44,117 nucleotides of DNA from Candidatus Zixiibacteriota bacterium (GTDB taxonomy: Bacteria > Zixibacteria > MSB-5A5 > GN15 > FEB-12), in contig JBGSIV010000138.1 of NCBI GenBank assembly GCA_041742355.1, positions 1 through 44,117 on the forward strand, written 5' to 3'. Positions 20,453-30,067 of the stretch are shown here, piece after piece (within the stretch, counting starts at the first letter, position 1; the number at the start of each line of letters is the position of its first letter). A program made the translations under genes and the position numbers. The notes under the pieces were generated by a model. It saw nothing but the letters and a program-made list of their open reading frames with translations, was not told where the DNA came from and did not search any database.

Positions 20453-21430
20453 TTACAGCCAGCCCAGGTGCGCCAGTGCGCGGCGCTGGTAGGCATAGAT
20501 CCGCGGTTCCTTGATCGCCTCGAAGTACCAGGGAATTGCGCGTGCCAACCCTTCCTGAAGCGATGCTTTCGGACTGTACCCAAGGATCTTACGGGCGAGC
20601 GAGATATCCCCGGTAAAGGACGAAATCTCCCCGACCCGTTTCTCGCTGACGCTGACAGTCGACTCCGATCCGAGCGCCGTCACGATCCAGGTCGCCAGAT
20701 TGAGCAGCGTCTCCCCTTTGCCGCGGGAGAGATTGAAGGTCTTCCCGACCGCCCGGTCAAACCGGTCGACAATCCGCACGATGCCGTCGGCGCAATCATC
20801 GATGTAGGTGAAATCGAGCTCCTTCTCGCGTCCGAAGACGGTGATGTGCCGGTTGCGGTGGGCGTAGTACAGGAAGAGCGGGATCACCCGCTCGGAGACA
20901 TCGTAGCGGCCGTAGACATTAGAGAGGCGGACAATAACCGGCTTGAGGCCGTAGCACTGGGCGTAGGAATGGATCAGGGCTTCGGCGCCGAACTTCGAGG
21001 CGGTGTACGGGGATTTGATCGCGCTGACATGGGTCGAGCCTTCCTGCCGCCTCTCCCCCGGCCTGGATTCGCCATACACCTCGCGTGAGGAGGAAAAGCA
21101 GAAGCGTTCGATTCCCTGTTTACGGGCGAATTCGAGCACGTTAAAAGTCATGAGGTAATTGTCGTGGGCCAGTCGGGGGCGCAGAACCAGATCGTGCACC
21201 CGGGCATTGGCGGCGAGGTGAATCAGAACATCAGGTTTTCGCCGCAACTTGATTCTGACAAGCGGCTTGCGGAGATCGTGGAGAATGGTCCGGCGGTCGA
21301 TCGATTTGTCCCAGTAAGAGCCGCGTATATCGATTGGAATGACCGAATGTCCGGCTTTCTCCAGGGCCTGTACAACTGCGGTGCCAACAGTGCCCGATGA
21401 TCCAGTGACCAGAACGACCCGTGATGCCAT
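20453..21430 (-). CDS. NAD-dependent epimerase/dehydratase (extended SDR)
   Basis: VTGSSGTVG, HLAA, SSREVYG, YTASK, NVYG. Confidence 0.92.
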   Translation of the reverse strand: MASRVVLVTGSSGTVGTAVVQALEKAGHSVIPIDIRGSYWDKSIDRRTILHDLRKPLVRIKLRRKPDVLIHLAANARVHDLVLRPRLAHDNYLMTFNVLEFARKQGIERFCFSSSREVYGESRPGERRQEGSTHVSAIKSPYTASKFGAEALIHSYAQCYGLKPVIVRLSNVYGRYDVSERVIPLFLYYAHRNRHITVFGREKELDFTYIDDCADGIVRIVDRFDRAVGKTFNLSRGKGETLLNLATWIVTALGSESTVSVSEKRVGEISSFTGDISLARKILGYSPKASLQEGLARAIPWYFEAIKEPRIYAYQRRALAHLGWL

Positions 21431-21433
21431 CGC

Positions 21434-22735
21434 CTACCTCACAATCTCGAAGCCGGCGGCCCGCCACTTCTTGGGATCGAGGAGGCCGAAGTAATCGAAC
21501 ACCAGCCGATGGACAACCAGTCCGCCGATCTGCTGCGGCTTCAGCGACAGAAACTTCTTGTGGGCAGCGCCGATGATCACGGCGTGAGCCCCCTTGAGGG
21601 CGGTTTCGATAGTCGGCGCCAGCGGGAGTTCGGTTTCGGGAATGATATCCCGGCCGTGAAGGTGCGGGTCAAACACCGAAACCTGCACCTTTTCTTTCAG
21701 GAGCAGTTCGGCCAGCCGGACCGCGCGCGAGTCACGGGTGTCGTCGACATCCGGTTTAAAGGCTGCGCCTAATATCGCTACGCGTTTCCCTTTGAGGCCC
21801 CCCAGCTTGGAATCGAGCAGCTCGATCAGGTTTTTCAGCAGGCGATTGTTTACGGCAGTGGCGGTGTGGGCCGATTCGAATTCAAAGCTACCCTTGAATT
21901 CATTGGAGTTGATGAGCATGCAGTCTTTGGGCAGGCAGGAACCGCCGAAGCCGAGGCCAGGGGTGAAGTACCCGAGTCCTATCCGCGGGTCCAAGCCAAT
22001 CCCCTGCCGGATCGGCGCGAGTTCCAGTCCCTCAAGGCGGGCGAATTCGGCGATTTCATGTATGAACGCCAGCCGGTACGCCAGATAGGTGTTGGCGGCG
22101 AGCTTGATCAACTCGGCCGATTTCCAGTCAGTCTGCACGATAGGGACAGTCTCGGGGTAGGCTGACCGGTAGATTTTCACGAGTGGCGCAGCGTCCCCCT
22201 TCTCCAGAGCGCCGATCACGACTCGCGACGGATGGACCGTGTCCTCCAGAGCAAGCCCTTCACGAAGGAACTCCGGGCTGACGAGAAGCTTCGCCTCTTT
22301 CCCATGGGGGGTGTTGTCGAGCAGATCACGGACGTGCTGGGTGAAACCGAGGACGTTGGTCGATTTGAGGACGACGGTCGGCGGTACGCGGCGTTTGACC
22401 CCGCCGATCCAGCCAGCCATCTGCTCGAACGGCTCAAGGCGCATCTGCCAGGTGCGGCGATTGGCCGAATCGATGGCGATGAAGATGAGGTCGGCTTTCT
22501 GGTACGGTTCAGGTTCCGGCTGGATGATCGTGAGGAAGCCGTTGCCGACCACCTTCTTCAATGTCCGGGCCAGAGTCGGTTCGTGGAAGTGCAGGCGTTT
22601 GCGTCGAAGTGCCTCGACGATCTCGCAGTTTTTCTCGACAACGGTGGTGGGGTACCCTTTGTCGGCAAGAAAGACGGCGGTTGCCAGGCCGACATAGCCG
22701 GCCCCGACGACGAGTATATCCGGGTGCTTAGTCAT
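21434..22735 (-). CDS. UDP-glucose/GDP-mannose dehydrogenase family protein
   Basis: GAGYVG, KST, PEFLREG, GFGGSCLPKD (catalytic Cys), AFKPDVDDTR. Start 22735 or 22744. Confidence 0.92.
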   Translation of the reverse strand: MTKHPDILVVGAGYVGLATAVFLADKGYPTTVVEKNCEIVEALRRKRLHFHEPTLARTLKKVVGNGFLTIIQPEPEPYQKADLIFIAIDSANRRTWQMRLEPFEQMAGWIGGVKRRVPPTVVLKSTNVLGFTQHVRDLLDNTPHGKEAKLLVSPEFLREGLALEDTVHPSRVVIGALEKGDAAPLVKIYRSAYPETVPIVQTDWKSAELIKLAANTYLAYRLAFIHEIAEFARLEGLELAPIRQGIGLDPRIGLGYFTPGLGFGGSCLPKDCMLINSNEFKGSFEFESAHTATAVNNRLLKNLIELLDSKLGGLKGKRVAILGAAFKPDVDDTRDSRAVRLAELLLKEKVQVSVFDPHLHGRDIIPETELPLAPTIETALKGAHAVIIGAAHKKFLSLKPQQIGGLVVHRLVFDYFGLLDPKKWRAAGFEIVR

Positions 22736-22781
22736 ATGAGGCATGAGTATAATGCTCCGCGCCCGGAATTGCAAACACCAT

Positions 22782-23714
22782 TTACGACTTGGCGGCGGCG
22801 TGTGTGGTCGGCAGGCCGTTGCGGTGGCTGAAGCCCCACTCCAACAGCTTCCGGCACTCCTTGAAACGCATCTTGGCGCCGGGTACACCGAGGACCACGG
22901 CTGTCATGCGGTTGCCATTGCCGTCGCGAACGAGTGTCGCTAGGCAGTATTGGGATTCGCGGATATAGCCGGTCTTCCCCGAAAGCACGGAGTATTTCGA
23001 GTTGAGCAGCAGGTTGGTGTTGTTGAGATCGCGGAAAAGGCGCTTCTTGTTACGAATAGTTACCCGGTAGTCATCCTTGGTCGAAATCTCCCGGATGAGC
23101 GGGTAATCGTACGCGTAGTGAAGCATTTTGGCGACATCGTGGGCGGTCGAAACGTTGTGTTCGGAGAGCCCGGTCGGTTCTATGAAGTAGGTGTCCAAGA
23201 GACCCAGTTTTCGGGCTTTGCGGTTCATCTCTTTCGCAAATTCCTCGATCGAGCCGGAGGTGGCTCGCGCAATGGCCCGGGCCGCCCGGTTGTCGGAACT
23301 CATCAGCGCGGCATGGAGCAGATCCTTCACACTCAGCTCATACCCGACGCGCAGCCGCGACCGCGAGGACTGATATGCATCCTCCTGGGTGATGGTCATG
23401 GTCTTATTCAGGTCGACACCGTGGTCCAGCAGCACCATGGCGGTCATCAGCTTGCTGATCGATGCGATCGGCCGGACCTCGTCGGCATTCTTCGCGCACA
23501 ACACGCACCCGGTTTCGTAATCCACAAGGATGGCGGCTTTCATGTTCAGGCGCGGTCCATTCTTCATGGTGGAAAAGTCAAACTGGTAGTTGCTCGCCAT
23601 GGGCGAGAGTCCCGGTTTGTCCTCGGCTTCGAGGAAATAGACCGTGTTGGCGGAAAAGAACACGAAGGCCGCCAGCATGATCAGGACGTTGGGGAGTGTC
23701 TTGCGCTTTACCAT
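22782..23714 (-). CDS. Peptidase S11 D-Ala-D-Ala carboxy/endopeptidase (PBP7-like)
   Basis: SxxK (ASISK), SxN (SDN) and KTG motifs; N-terminal signal/anchor. Confidence 0.92.
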   Translation of the reverse strand: MVKRKTLPNVLIMLAAFVFFSANTVYFLEAEDKPGLSPMASNYQFDFSTMKNGPRLNMKAAILVDYETGCVLCAKNADEVRPIASISKLMTAMVLLDHGVDLNKTMTITQEDAYQSSRSRLRVGYELSVKDLLHAALMSSDNRAARAIARATSGSIEEFAKEMNRKARKLGLLDTYFIEPTGLSEHNVSTAHDVAKMLHYAYDYPLIREISTKDDYRVTIRNKKRLFRDLNNTNLLLNSKYSVLSGKTGYIRESQYCLATLVRDGNGNRMTAVVLGVPGAKMRFKECRKLLEWGFSHRNGLPTTHAAAKS

Positions 23715-23747
23715 AACCTCAGCAGATGTCCTCCAGTGGCACCATTA

Positions 23748-25061
23748 CTATTGATAGCGGACCCATTTGACAATTTCAGGGAGCGTCGGACGTTTGCCGT
23801 ACATGAGAATCCCGATACGGAAGATTCTTGCCGTCAGCCAGATGATCCCGGCGGTGGTCACACACACCAGCAGGAATCCGAGGGCTGCCTGCGCGACTAT
23901 ACCGCTGAACAGCGAGTACTCGGTCAGGGTGGGGGCAATGAAAATCACCCGCATGATCATCATGGTAGGAGTGAACAACGGTATGTAGGACAGCACGAGC
24001 GCCAATGTCGAATTCGGTTCCTGGACGATGCTGATGCCGACCATCATGGGCAGGACCAGCGACATGGTTATCGGGAACACGAAGCTCTGGGCCTCCTTCT
24101 CCGAATTGACGATCGAGCCGAGCAGGGCGAACAGAGTGGAATACATAAGATAGCCGGAGACGAGAAACAGCACGAACGAGACAATGATGACGGGGTTAAA
24201 CAGGATGCGGTCGATTGAGGGATCGACACTCATCGAAGCGCGAAACACATAGAGCACCGCGCCGAGGACGACCCAGATCGCTACCTGGGTGAATGTCGCG
24301 GCGCCGAGGCCGAGAATCTTGCCGAGCATGAGCTGCAGCGGGCTTACGGAGGAGACGAGCACCTCCATGATGCGCGAGCCCTTTTCCTCGATCACGCTCC
24401 GCATCACCAGCTGGCCGTAGCCAATAATCATGCCGAACATAAGCATGACGAATATAATCGCGCCGAAATACTTGTATTCGAACGGCATCGACTCCCCCTT
24501 GGCGTCACGGATCTGCAGGTCCAGGCGGCGGGTCAGATTCAGCACGGAATCGACGCCGAGGTTAATGCTCGACTCCTGGAGCCGAACCGAGGAGAGCAGG
24601 TCGGAGGCGGCATCCTCGATCGCCCGAAGCGCCCGGAAGTTGGTTGAATTGCTCACCGCGAAGAGACCGGTATCGGAGGCCTGCGGTTCGGGCCGGATCA
24701 CCACGAAGTACTTGAGTTTTTCATCATTAATAGCGGCCGCCAAGGAGTCGTACAGCCGGTTGTAGGCGGCGGCATCAAGCGGATCCAGGGCAACGACCGA
24801 TCGGATGTCGTACAGGGGACGCCCTGAGTCATCGAGTTTCGAGTCGGCCAGTTTGGCCCGGAGGTCTTCGCCGACGCCCATATTGCTCTGGTCCAGGATG
24901 ACCAGCGACTGGGGTTCGGACAGGCCCGTGTCGGCCAGGAGCATGGGCAGGAGAGTGAAGCCGGCCATGAGCACCGGCGTCAGGAGCACGCCGATGATGA
25001 AGGAACGCTTGTGCACGACCTGCGCGTACTCGCGCTTGAAGATTACCCAGAATTTATGCAC
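23748..25061 (-). CDS. ABC-2 type exporter permease (NatB/YhaP-like)
   Basis: EEKGSRIMEVLVSS, LMLGKILG, GILMYGKRPTL. GTG 25061 with GGAGG RBS. Confidence 0.9.
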   Translation of the reverse strand: MHKFWVIFKREYAQVVHKRSFIIGVLLTPVLMAGFTLLPMLLADTGLSEPQSLVILDQSNMGVGEDLRAKLADSKLDDSGRPLYDIRSVVALDPLDAAAYNRLYDSLAAAINDEKLKYFVVIRPEPQASDTGLFAVSNSTNFRALRAIEDAASDLLSSVRLQESSINLGVDSVLNLTRRLDLQIRDAKGESMPFEYKYFGAIIFVMLMFGMIIGYGQLVMRSVIEEKGSRIMEVLVSSVSPLQLMLGKILGLGAATFTQVAIWVVLGAVLYVFRASMSVDPSIDRILFNPVIIVSFVLFLVSGYLMYSTLFALLGSIVNSEKEAQSFVFPITMSLVLPMMVGISIVQEPNSTLALVLSYIPLFTPTMMIMRVIFIAPTLTEYSLFSGIVAQAALGFLLVCVTTAGIIWLTARIFRIGILMYGKRPTLPEIVKWVRYQ

Positions 25062-25986
25062 CGGCCACCTCCGCATCATCCACCGTTTGTTCGGTTTTGC
25101 CGCCGGCCAGGCGGATGAAGATATTGTAGAGCGACGGTTCGACCACTTCGAAGCGGAGGACCGTGACCTGCTCGGCGACGGCGCGGAGAATGGCGTTTGA
25201 ATCAGCGCCGTCGTTCATGACGACTTCGATGTAGTTGTTGAACTCGGTCATTTGCTTGACGCCCGGGAGCGTGCCGATGAAGCGGCCGTTGCCGTCGATC
25301 ACCAGCTGCATCGAGTTTGTCCCGAAGCGCGCTTTGGCCTCGCTCAACCGCCCGTCGAGCACTTTCTCGCCGCCGGCGATCATGCAGACGTGGTCGCACA
25401 GCTTCTCGGCCTGCTCCATGACATGAGTTGAGAAGAGTATGGTGCGGCCGGACTGCTTGATGTCCAGCAGGATGTTCTTCACGAGTTCCGTGTTCACCGG
25501 ATCAAGGCCCGAGAAGAGCTCGTCCAGAATGACGATTTCCGGTTCGTGGATAACCGTCGTGATGAACTGGAGTTTCTGGGCCATTCCCTTGGACAGCTCC
25601 TCCACCTTGCGCAGGCGGTAGGCGCCGAGATCCATGCGTTGCAGCCACGGGTCGATACGCGGGAGTATTGTCGCCCGATCGGCGCCCTTCAGTTCGGCCA
25701 TGTAGACGATGACCTCTTCGAGGGTCATCTTCTTGTACAGCCCGCGCTCTTCGGGCAGGTAGCCGACCCGGTTCTTGAAATCGGGACCGATCGGCTTGCC
25801 CTCGAACAGCACCTGCCCCGAGTCGGGCACAGTGATGTTCATGATCATGCGAATTGTGGTGGTCTTCCCTGCTCCATTCGGTCCAATGATGCCATAAATG
25901 ACACCGCGGGGAACCTCCAGCGACAGGCTGTTGACCGCCACCTTACCGTCGTACTCTTTGCGGACCCGGTCGAGTTTCAGATACAT
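25054..25986 (-). CDS. ABC transporter ATP-binding protein (NatA/YhaQ-like)
   Basis: Walker A GPNGAGKTT, LSKGMAQK signature, ILDE Walker B, STH. ATG 25986. Confidence 0.93.
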   Translation of the reverse strand: MYLKLDRVRKEYDGKVAVNSLSLEVPRGVIYGIIGPNGAGKTTTIRMIMNITVPDSGQVLFEGKPIGPDFKNRVGYLPEERGLYKKMTLEEVIVYMAELKGADRATILPRIDPWLQRMDLGAYRLRKVEELSKGMAQKLQFITTVIHEPEIVILDELFSGLDPVNTELVKNILLDIKQSGRTILFSTHVMEQAEKLCDHVCMIAGGEKVLDGRLSEAKARFGTNSMQLVIDGNGRFIGTLPGVKQMTEFNNYIEVVMNDGADSNAILRAVAEQVTVLRFEVVEPSLYNIFIRLAGGKTEQTVDDAEVAGA

Positions 25987-26043
25987 TCTTCTCACCCAGT
26001 TTCTTATCTGACGTTGATACAACTTCTCTTTGGGGCTCGTCAA

Positions 26044-26085
26044 CAAAAAAGCCCTTCGGCTTGCATTAAAGACCGAGAAGGCGCT
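26044..26085 (-). terminator. Possible intrinsic terminator at the end of the DUF72 gene
   Basis: On the - strand, imperfect stem GCCTTCTCGG.../...CCGAAGGGC followed by TTTTTT. Confidence 0.45.
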
Positions 26086-26839
26086 TCATGTCGAAGGCAT
26101 TCGCGGCTGCCTGACCGAGGTGGCAGTTGTTGAAGAAGAGATACATCTTCTGTACCTGCCCCTTGGTTGCCAGTTTATCAATCTTCTCTTTCCACCTCTG
26201 GAGCTCTTCTTCCGAGTACTTGTAGTCGTATCGCAGCGGGCCGCCGTCCCACCATTTCTCCGCGTTGCGGCCATGAAACCGGATATACCCGATCGGGCCG
26301 GTGGCGAAGAGGTCGGGTTTGATCAGATGGGGCAGATCCGGTTCGTCGACACAAACGTAGCCGATCCCGTCGGCCCGAAGACGGTCGTACATAGTCCGGT
26401 TGACCCAGCTTTCGTGTCGGAATTCCGCGAACAACGGGCGGGGGGTTAGGACGTTCTTCAGCATGGCGAGGTAATCGAGGCTGTCGGGGCTGAAGCGGAA
26501 GGAGTACGGGAACTGGGCCAGGAGGCCGGAAAGAGTCCCCGAGGCTTCCATCGGCTCGATGGCCTGCAGGAACTTGGCGACGTCGTCGTCAAGATCTGTC
26601 CGGCGGTGGGTGAACGATTGGGGGACTTTGACCAGGAAATCGAACCCCGGCGGCACTTTCTTGACGAGGTTGTTCATGATGGCCGGGTGGGGGATGCGGT
26701 AGTAGGTCGAGTTGATCTCTACCGTCGGGAAGTGCTGGGCATAGAAATCAAGCATCTTCCCCTTGTCGACCGTCGCCGGGTAGAAGGTGCCGCGCCAATC
26801 TTCAAAACTGAAGCCCGAGGTTCCGATTCGAATATCCAT
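26066..26839 (-). CDS. DUF72 (YecE-like) protein
   Basis: IGTSGFS, VEINSTYYRIP, QFPYSF, EFRHESW, YIRFHGRN, FNN. Confidence 0.9.
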   Translation of the reverse strand: MDIRIGTSGFSFEDWRGTFYPATVDKGKMLDFYAQHFPTVEINSTYYRIPHPAIMNNLVKKVPPGFDFLVKVPQSFTHRRTDLDDDVAKFLQAIEPMEASGTLSGLLAQFPYSFRFSPDSLDYLAMLKNVLTPRPLFAEFRHESWVNRTMYDRLRADGIGYVCVDEPDLPHLIKPDLFATGPIGYIRFHGRNAEKWWDGGPLRYDYKYSEEELQRWKEKIDKLATKGQVQKMYLFFNNCHLGQAAANAFDMKRLLGL

Positions 26840-26929
26840 GTCAGTCAATGCGAGGGAGCAGTTAGTTAATGGTACGCATCAATATACAACGTGTTGCAGG
26901 AAGAAGGAGCAAGAGAATTGGGGACGGTG

Positions 26930-27070
26930 CTACTCACCGCACGGCTTGCGGCGAGGGGGCCGGGGCTGCTGGAAGCGCACGAAGCCGCATTTCGGGCAGA
27001 GCCACTTGCGCTGTTTGTGGAAGGTTCGCTTCTGCTCGGCCATGGCGCTTTTGCATCGGGGGCATTTCAC
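26930..27070 (-). CDS. Small basic zinc-ribbon protein, 46 aa (not in the ORF track)
   Basis: Hand translation from GTG: MKCPRCKSAMAEQKRTFHKQRKWLCPKCGFVRFQQPRPPRRKPCGE*. CxxC...CxxCG pattern; GGAGAGG RBS; starts 12 nt after the upstream stop. Confidence 0.65.
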   Translation of the reverse strand: MKCPRCKSAMAEQKRTFHKQRKWLCPKCGFVRFQQPRPPRRKPCGE

Positions 27071-27082
27071 CGGGCCTCTCCC

Positions 27083-27697
27083 CTAGTTGGTGAGGCGGAG
27101 GAAATCGGTCAGCAGGAACTCCATCCGCCCGATGAAGGTCGACATGCGGGACATGACCGTGTACCCGAAGGTTGTGCCGAAGAAGATCATGAGGAAGTAC
27201 ACGCCGATACGCGCCGAATGGCCGAGGGTCCCCTTGTGTTCCCGGCTGAAGTAGAAGTAGGACAGGGTAGTGAGCACGCCGATCATGACGACAATCGCCG
27301 ACCAGTTGGGCATGCCGGAGGAGGCCAGCAGAGGCATGACGGTGGCGGACATCTGCTTGATTGTGCGGGCCTCGAGCATGACTGGAATCGCCACGCCGGC
27401 GCCGGACCCGATGAGCACCGCCATCGATAACCGCGACAATGACTTGGTCGCCGGGTGGAAGCGGCCGAACATGAGCAGGCCGAAGACGAACGGCAGAATC
27501 AACAGCAGCCGCCCGTCGGTAAACAGCGGGATGAAGAGCAAGTCCATCAATGTGTTGGTCCAGGTGATCACCAGGAAATAACCGATTGCCACCCCGATCA
27601 GAAGCGACTCCGCCACCCGGTAGACGGGGTTATCGCGGTAGAGGAAGGTCAGGATAGCCAGCGTGAGCAGGCCGGCGATGATTGTGCCCCAGTCCAT
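27083..27697 (-). CDS. Uncharacterised polytopic membrane protein (operon gene D)
   Basis: About 6-7 hydrophobic segments; LYRDNPVYRVAE and FGTTFGYTVMSRM; TGATG overlap with gene C. Confidence 0.85.
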   Translation of the reverse strand: MDWGTIIAGLLTLAILTFLYRDNPVYRVAESLLIGVAIGYFLVITWTNTLMDLLFIPLFTDGRLLLILPFVFGLLMFGRFHPATKSLSRLSMAVLIGSGAGVAIPVMLEARTIKQMSATVMPLLASSGMPNWSAIVVMIGVLTTLSYFYFSREHKGTLGHSARIGVYFLMIFFGTTFGYTVMSRMSTFIGRMEFLLTDFLRLTN

Positions 27698-28512
27698 CAG
27701 CCTCTCCCCTCTTTTGGTTTGCGGCGGGTCAGGAAGTAGGCCAGGTTGCCGACGACGATCAGGGCCAGCACGTAGAGGTGGGAAACGGTCTGCGCTAGCA
27801 TGCCGCGCTCGCCCCCGCCGCCGGTCTTGATCAGCTTCTCGTACTCGGCCGCGCCGCGGAGTCCCCCCACCATGGCGTCCATCTGGCCCGAAGCCAGGTA
27901 CGGGTCATATGTCGTGATCATCGCGGCTGTGACCGCACCCGCGATCTTCACATTATAGCGGCTGCCGGCGTACTCGATCCAATGGGTGGTCAGGGAGCCA
28001 TCGGCGACCGAGACCACCCCGGCGATATCGTCGTAGGTGTTGATGTCGTTGAGCAGCGGCAGATCGCTGTAGACCTGGCCGAGGTAGTCTTCAGGGTAGG
28101 TTCGGGAGAACGACTCACCCATCGAGAGAATGGCGGCGATGTACTGCGGCTTGAATCCGAGGTAGACCCAATCGGAGCCGTAGTCCTTGCCGAATTCGCG
28201 GGCCGTCTGCTGCATGAGCCGGTAGCCGACCCCGGTGCCTTCGGCCAGGAGTGCGGTCCCGATCACCCGGACGTTGCGCGAAAAGGCGTGCCGAAGCACG
28301 GCGAGGGCGAGGGGACGGATTTCGGGCAGCGCCGAGGCTTCGTGGTCGAACGAGACAATAATGGTCGAACCGGGCGAAAGGGTGTCGATGAACTCGTACA
28401 TTCCCTGGGTGTCGCCGGACACGGCAACATCGAGGCCGAGATTGAGGGCCATCGCGATAAACACCGCGGCGAACAACCCGAGGAAGATCCAGTGGCGTCC
28501 CTCGAGTTTCAT
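27697..28512 (-). CDS. Uncharacterised membrane protein, TM-soluble domain-TM (operon gene C)
   Basis: N- and C-terminal TM helices; YGSDWVYLGF, PYLASGQ, GLRGAAEYE; ATGA overlap with gene B. Confidence 0.85.
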   Translation of the reverse strand: MKLEGRHWIFLGLFAAVFIAMALNLGLDVAVSGDTQGMYEFIDTLSPGSTIIVSFDHEASALPEIRPLALAVLRHAFSRNVRVIGTALLAEGTGVGYRLMQQTAREFGKDYGSDWVYLGFKPQYIAAILSMGESFSRTYPEDYLGQVYSDLPLLNDINTYDDIAGVVSVADGSLTTHWIEYAGSRYNVKIAGAVTAAMITTYDPYLASGQMDAMVGGLRGAAEYEKLIKTGGGGERGMLAQTVSHLYVLALIVVGNLAYFLTRRKPKEGRG

Positions 28513-29135
28513 TTCGCTTCCTTTCCCAGCCACGTGCGCTCGATTCCGAGGATCACCCGCAATGATGTGGTCAGTGAACCGAGGCCGATGCCGATCAGAA
28601 TCGCGCGGCGGGCGGCCATCGAGGGGTAATCACGCACCCACTCGGCGAAACTGTCAAGAGCGGCCGGATACCAGGCTTCGAGGGATGATCGGCTCAGCAC
28701 GGTGATAAAGGCGGCGCCGAGGAGAACCGCGGCCGGAATCGACCTCGCCCGAAAGCCGCGGTACGATGCGGAAGCGACAAAGAACGCCAGCAGAGCAAAG
28801 ACGGTTGACTGGAGGGGCACCTGGATGTTCTCGAACACCCACATGAACGGGGATTCGGCCTTGATCCCCCAGATAATCGCGAACGCCGGCATGACGATCA
28901 CGCCGGCCAGCGATATCAGGCGATAGGGCCAGTCTGCGGCGCGATTGATGCCGGTGGTAGTGGTTTTCACGAAGGTGATCACACCGACTATCAGCGCGAA
29001 GGCAAAGATGATCTGCCAGAAGTCAACCAGCACGGCGGCGTTGATGCCTCTGGCGACCGGGTGGGTGGAGAAGTACTGGAGGAACATGACGACGCCGAAC
29101 ACAAAGGCGATGATTTGCGGCAGGCGGCGTTGCAT
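28509..29135 (-). CDS. Uncharacterised polytopic membrane protein (operon gene B)
   Basis: About 6 hydrophobic segments; STVFALLAFFVASASYRGFR, AARRAILIGIGLG. ATG 29135 with GGAGG RBS and TGATG overlap with gene A. Confidence 0.85.
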   Translation of the reverse strand: MQRRLPQIIAFVFGVVMFLQYFSTHPVARGINAAVLVDFWQIIFAFALIVGVITFVKTTTTGINRAADWPYRLISLAGVIVMPAFAIIWGIKAESPFMWVFENIQVPLQSTVFALLAFFVASASYRGFRARSIPAAVLLGAAFITVLSRSSLEAWYPAALDSFAEWVRDYPSMAARRAILIGIGLGSLTTSLRVILGIERTWLGKEAK

Positions 29136-29977
29136 CAGAACCTCCACCAGGTGCTGTCGGGATCGAACGATGCCCAGAGGACAGCCGCTACGAAGAGGAT
29201 GGCGACGATCACCTTCAGGATATCCTGCGCGCGGACCGAGGCGAGAATCGACGGATCCTCCGACAGGTAGCCCGAGGCGGCGAACAGCTCCTCGCCAATC
29301 AGGACGTAGTCGCAGGCGACGATGAAAAAGGCAAGCTGAATGGTCGAATCGGTCCCGGCGATCTGGATGCTCTTATTGATATTCCCTGTTTCGGCGAGGA
29401 TCAGCGACTCGGCCTCGAACGTCCCCAGCAGGAAGACCGAGGCCGGTTTCAGGCGGCTGATGAGCCCTTCGACGGCGGCGGCATAGCCGAACTGTGACGA
29501 ACTGACGTAGAAGGCGCTGTCCTCCCGGAAGCGGTCGGGAAAGCCGGCCCGGGCGTAGCTTTCGCGCATGACCTCCTGCGCCACCGTCATGATCACCGGG
29601 TCATGGGTCGGAAAGATGAGCTTGCAGTCATACTGGGCCGCTTTCTCCGCGACATGGCTGAGGATATTGAGCGAGGCGATCGTGGTCGGCCGCTGAATGT
29701 CACCCCCCCAGCCGGGGGTGTAGAGGATGGGCCGGGCCATTTCGGTCGCCCGGCCGACGGCTTCTTCCACTGCCCGCAGGCCGGAGATCTCCCGCATGCG
29801 ATAGCGCTCGCGACTTTTGCGATGGTACGTCGTATAAAGAACGATGATGATCGATATGACCGCCCCTATGAGGGTTACGGTCTTCCCCGTGTCGAACCAC
29901 GCGGGTACGGCAGCCTGAGCGAGTATGAGGGTGATCACGAACGCCACGTCGCAACAAAGCCGGCGGATCCGTGGCAT
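29135..29977 (-). CDS. DUF6754-like membrane protein (operon gene A)
   Basis: LRAVEEAVGRATEMARP, AESLILAETG, IQIAGT, CDYVLIGEELFAASGYL (family recalled, not searched). Start uncertain (30022, 29977 or 29947). Confidence 0.75.
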   Translation of the reverse strand: MPRIRRLCCDVAFVITLILAQAAVPAWFDTGKTVTLIGAVISIIIVLYTTYHRKSRERYRMREISGLRAVEEAVGRATEMARPILYTPGWGGDIQRPTTIASLNILSHVAEKAAQYDCKLIFPTHDPVIMTVAQEVMRESYARAGFPDRFREDSAFYVSSSQFGYAAAVEGLISRLKPASVFLLGTFEAESLILAETGNINKSIQIAGTDSTIQLAFFIVACDYVLIGEELFAASGYLSEDPSILASVRAQDILKVIVAILFVAAVLWASFDPDSTWWRF

Positions 29978-30067
29978 GCAACAAAAAGATTTTAAGTTGA
30001 CCCAACCGTGGTCGTTTCGCATCTATCGTGAAGGATGCAGCGACAGGATTCCCAGCAGAGGATGTTC

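Noticed and set aside
26869..27430. Plus-strand ORFs 26869-27093 and 26891-27430
   Set aside because: Antisense to gene D and the zinc-ribbon ORF; no recognisable features.
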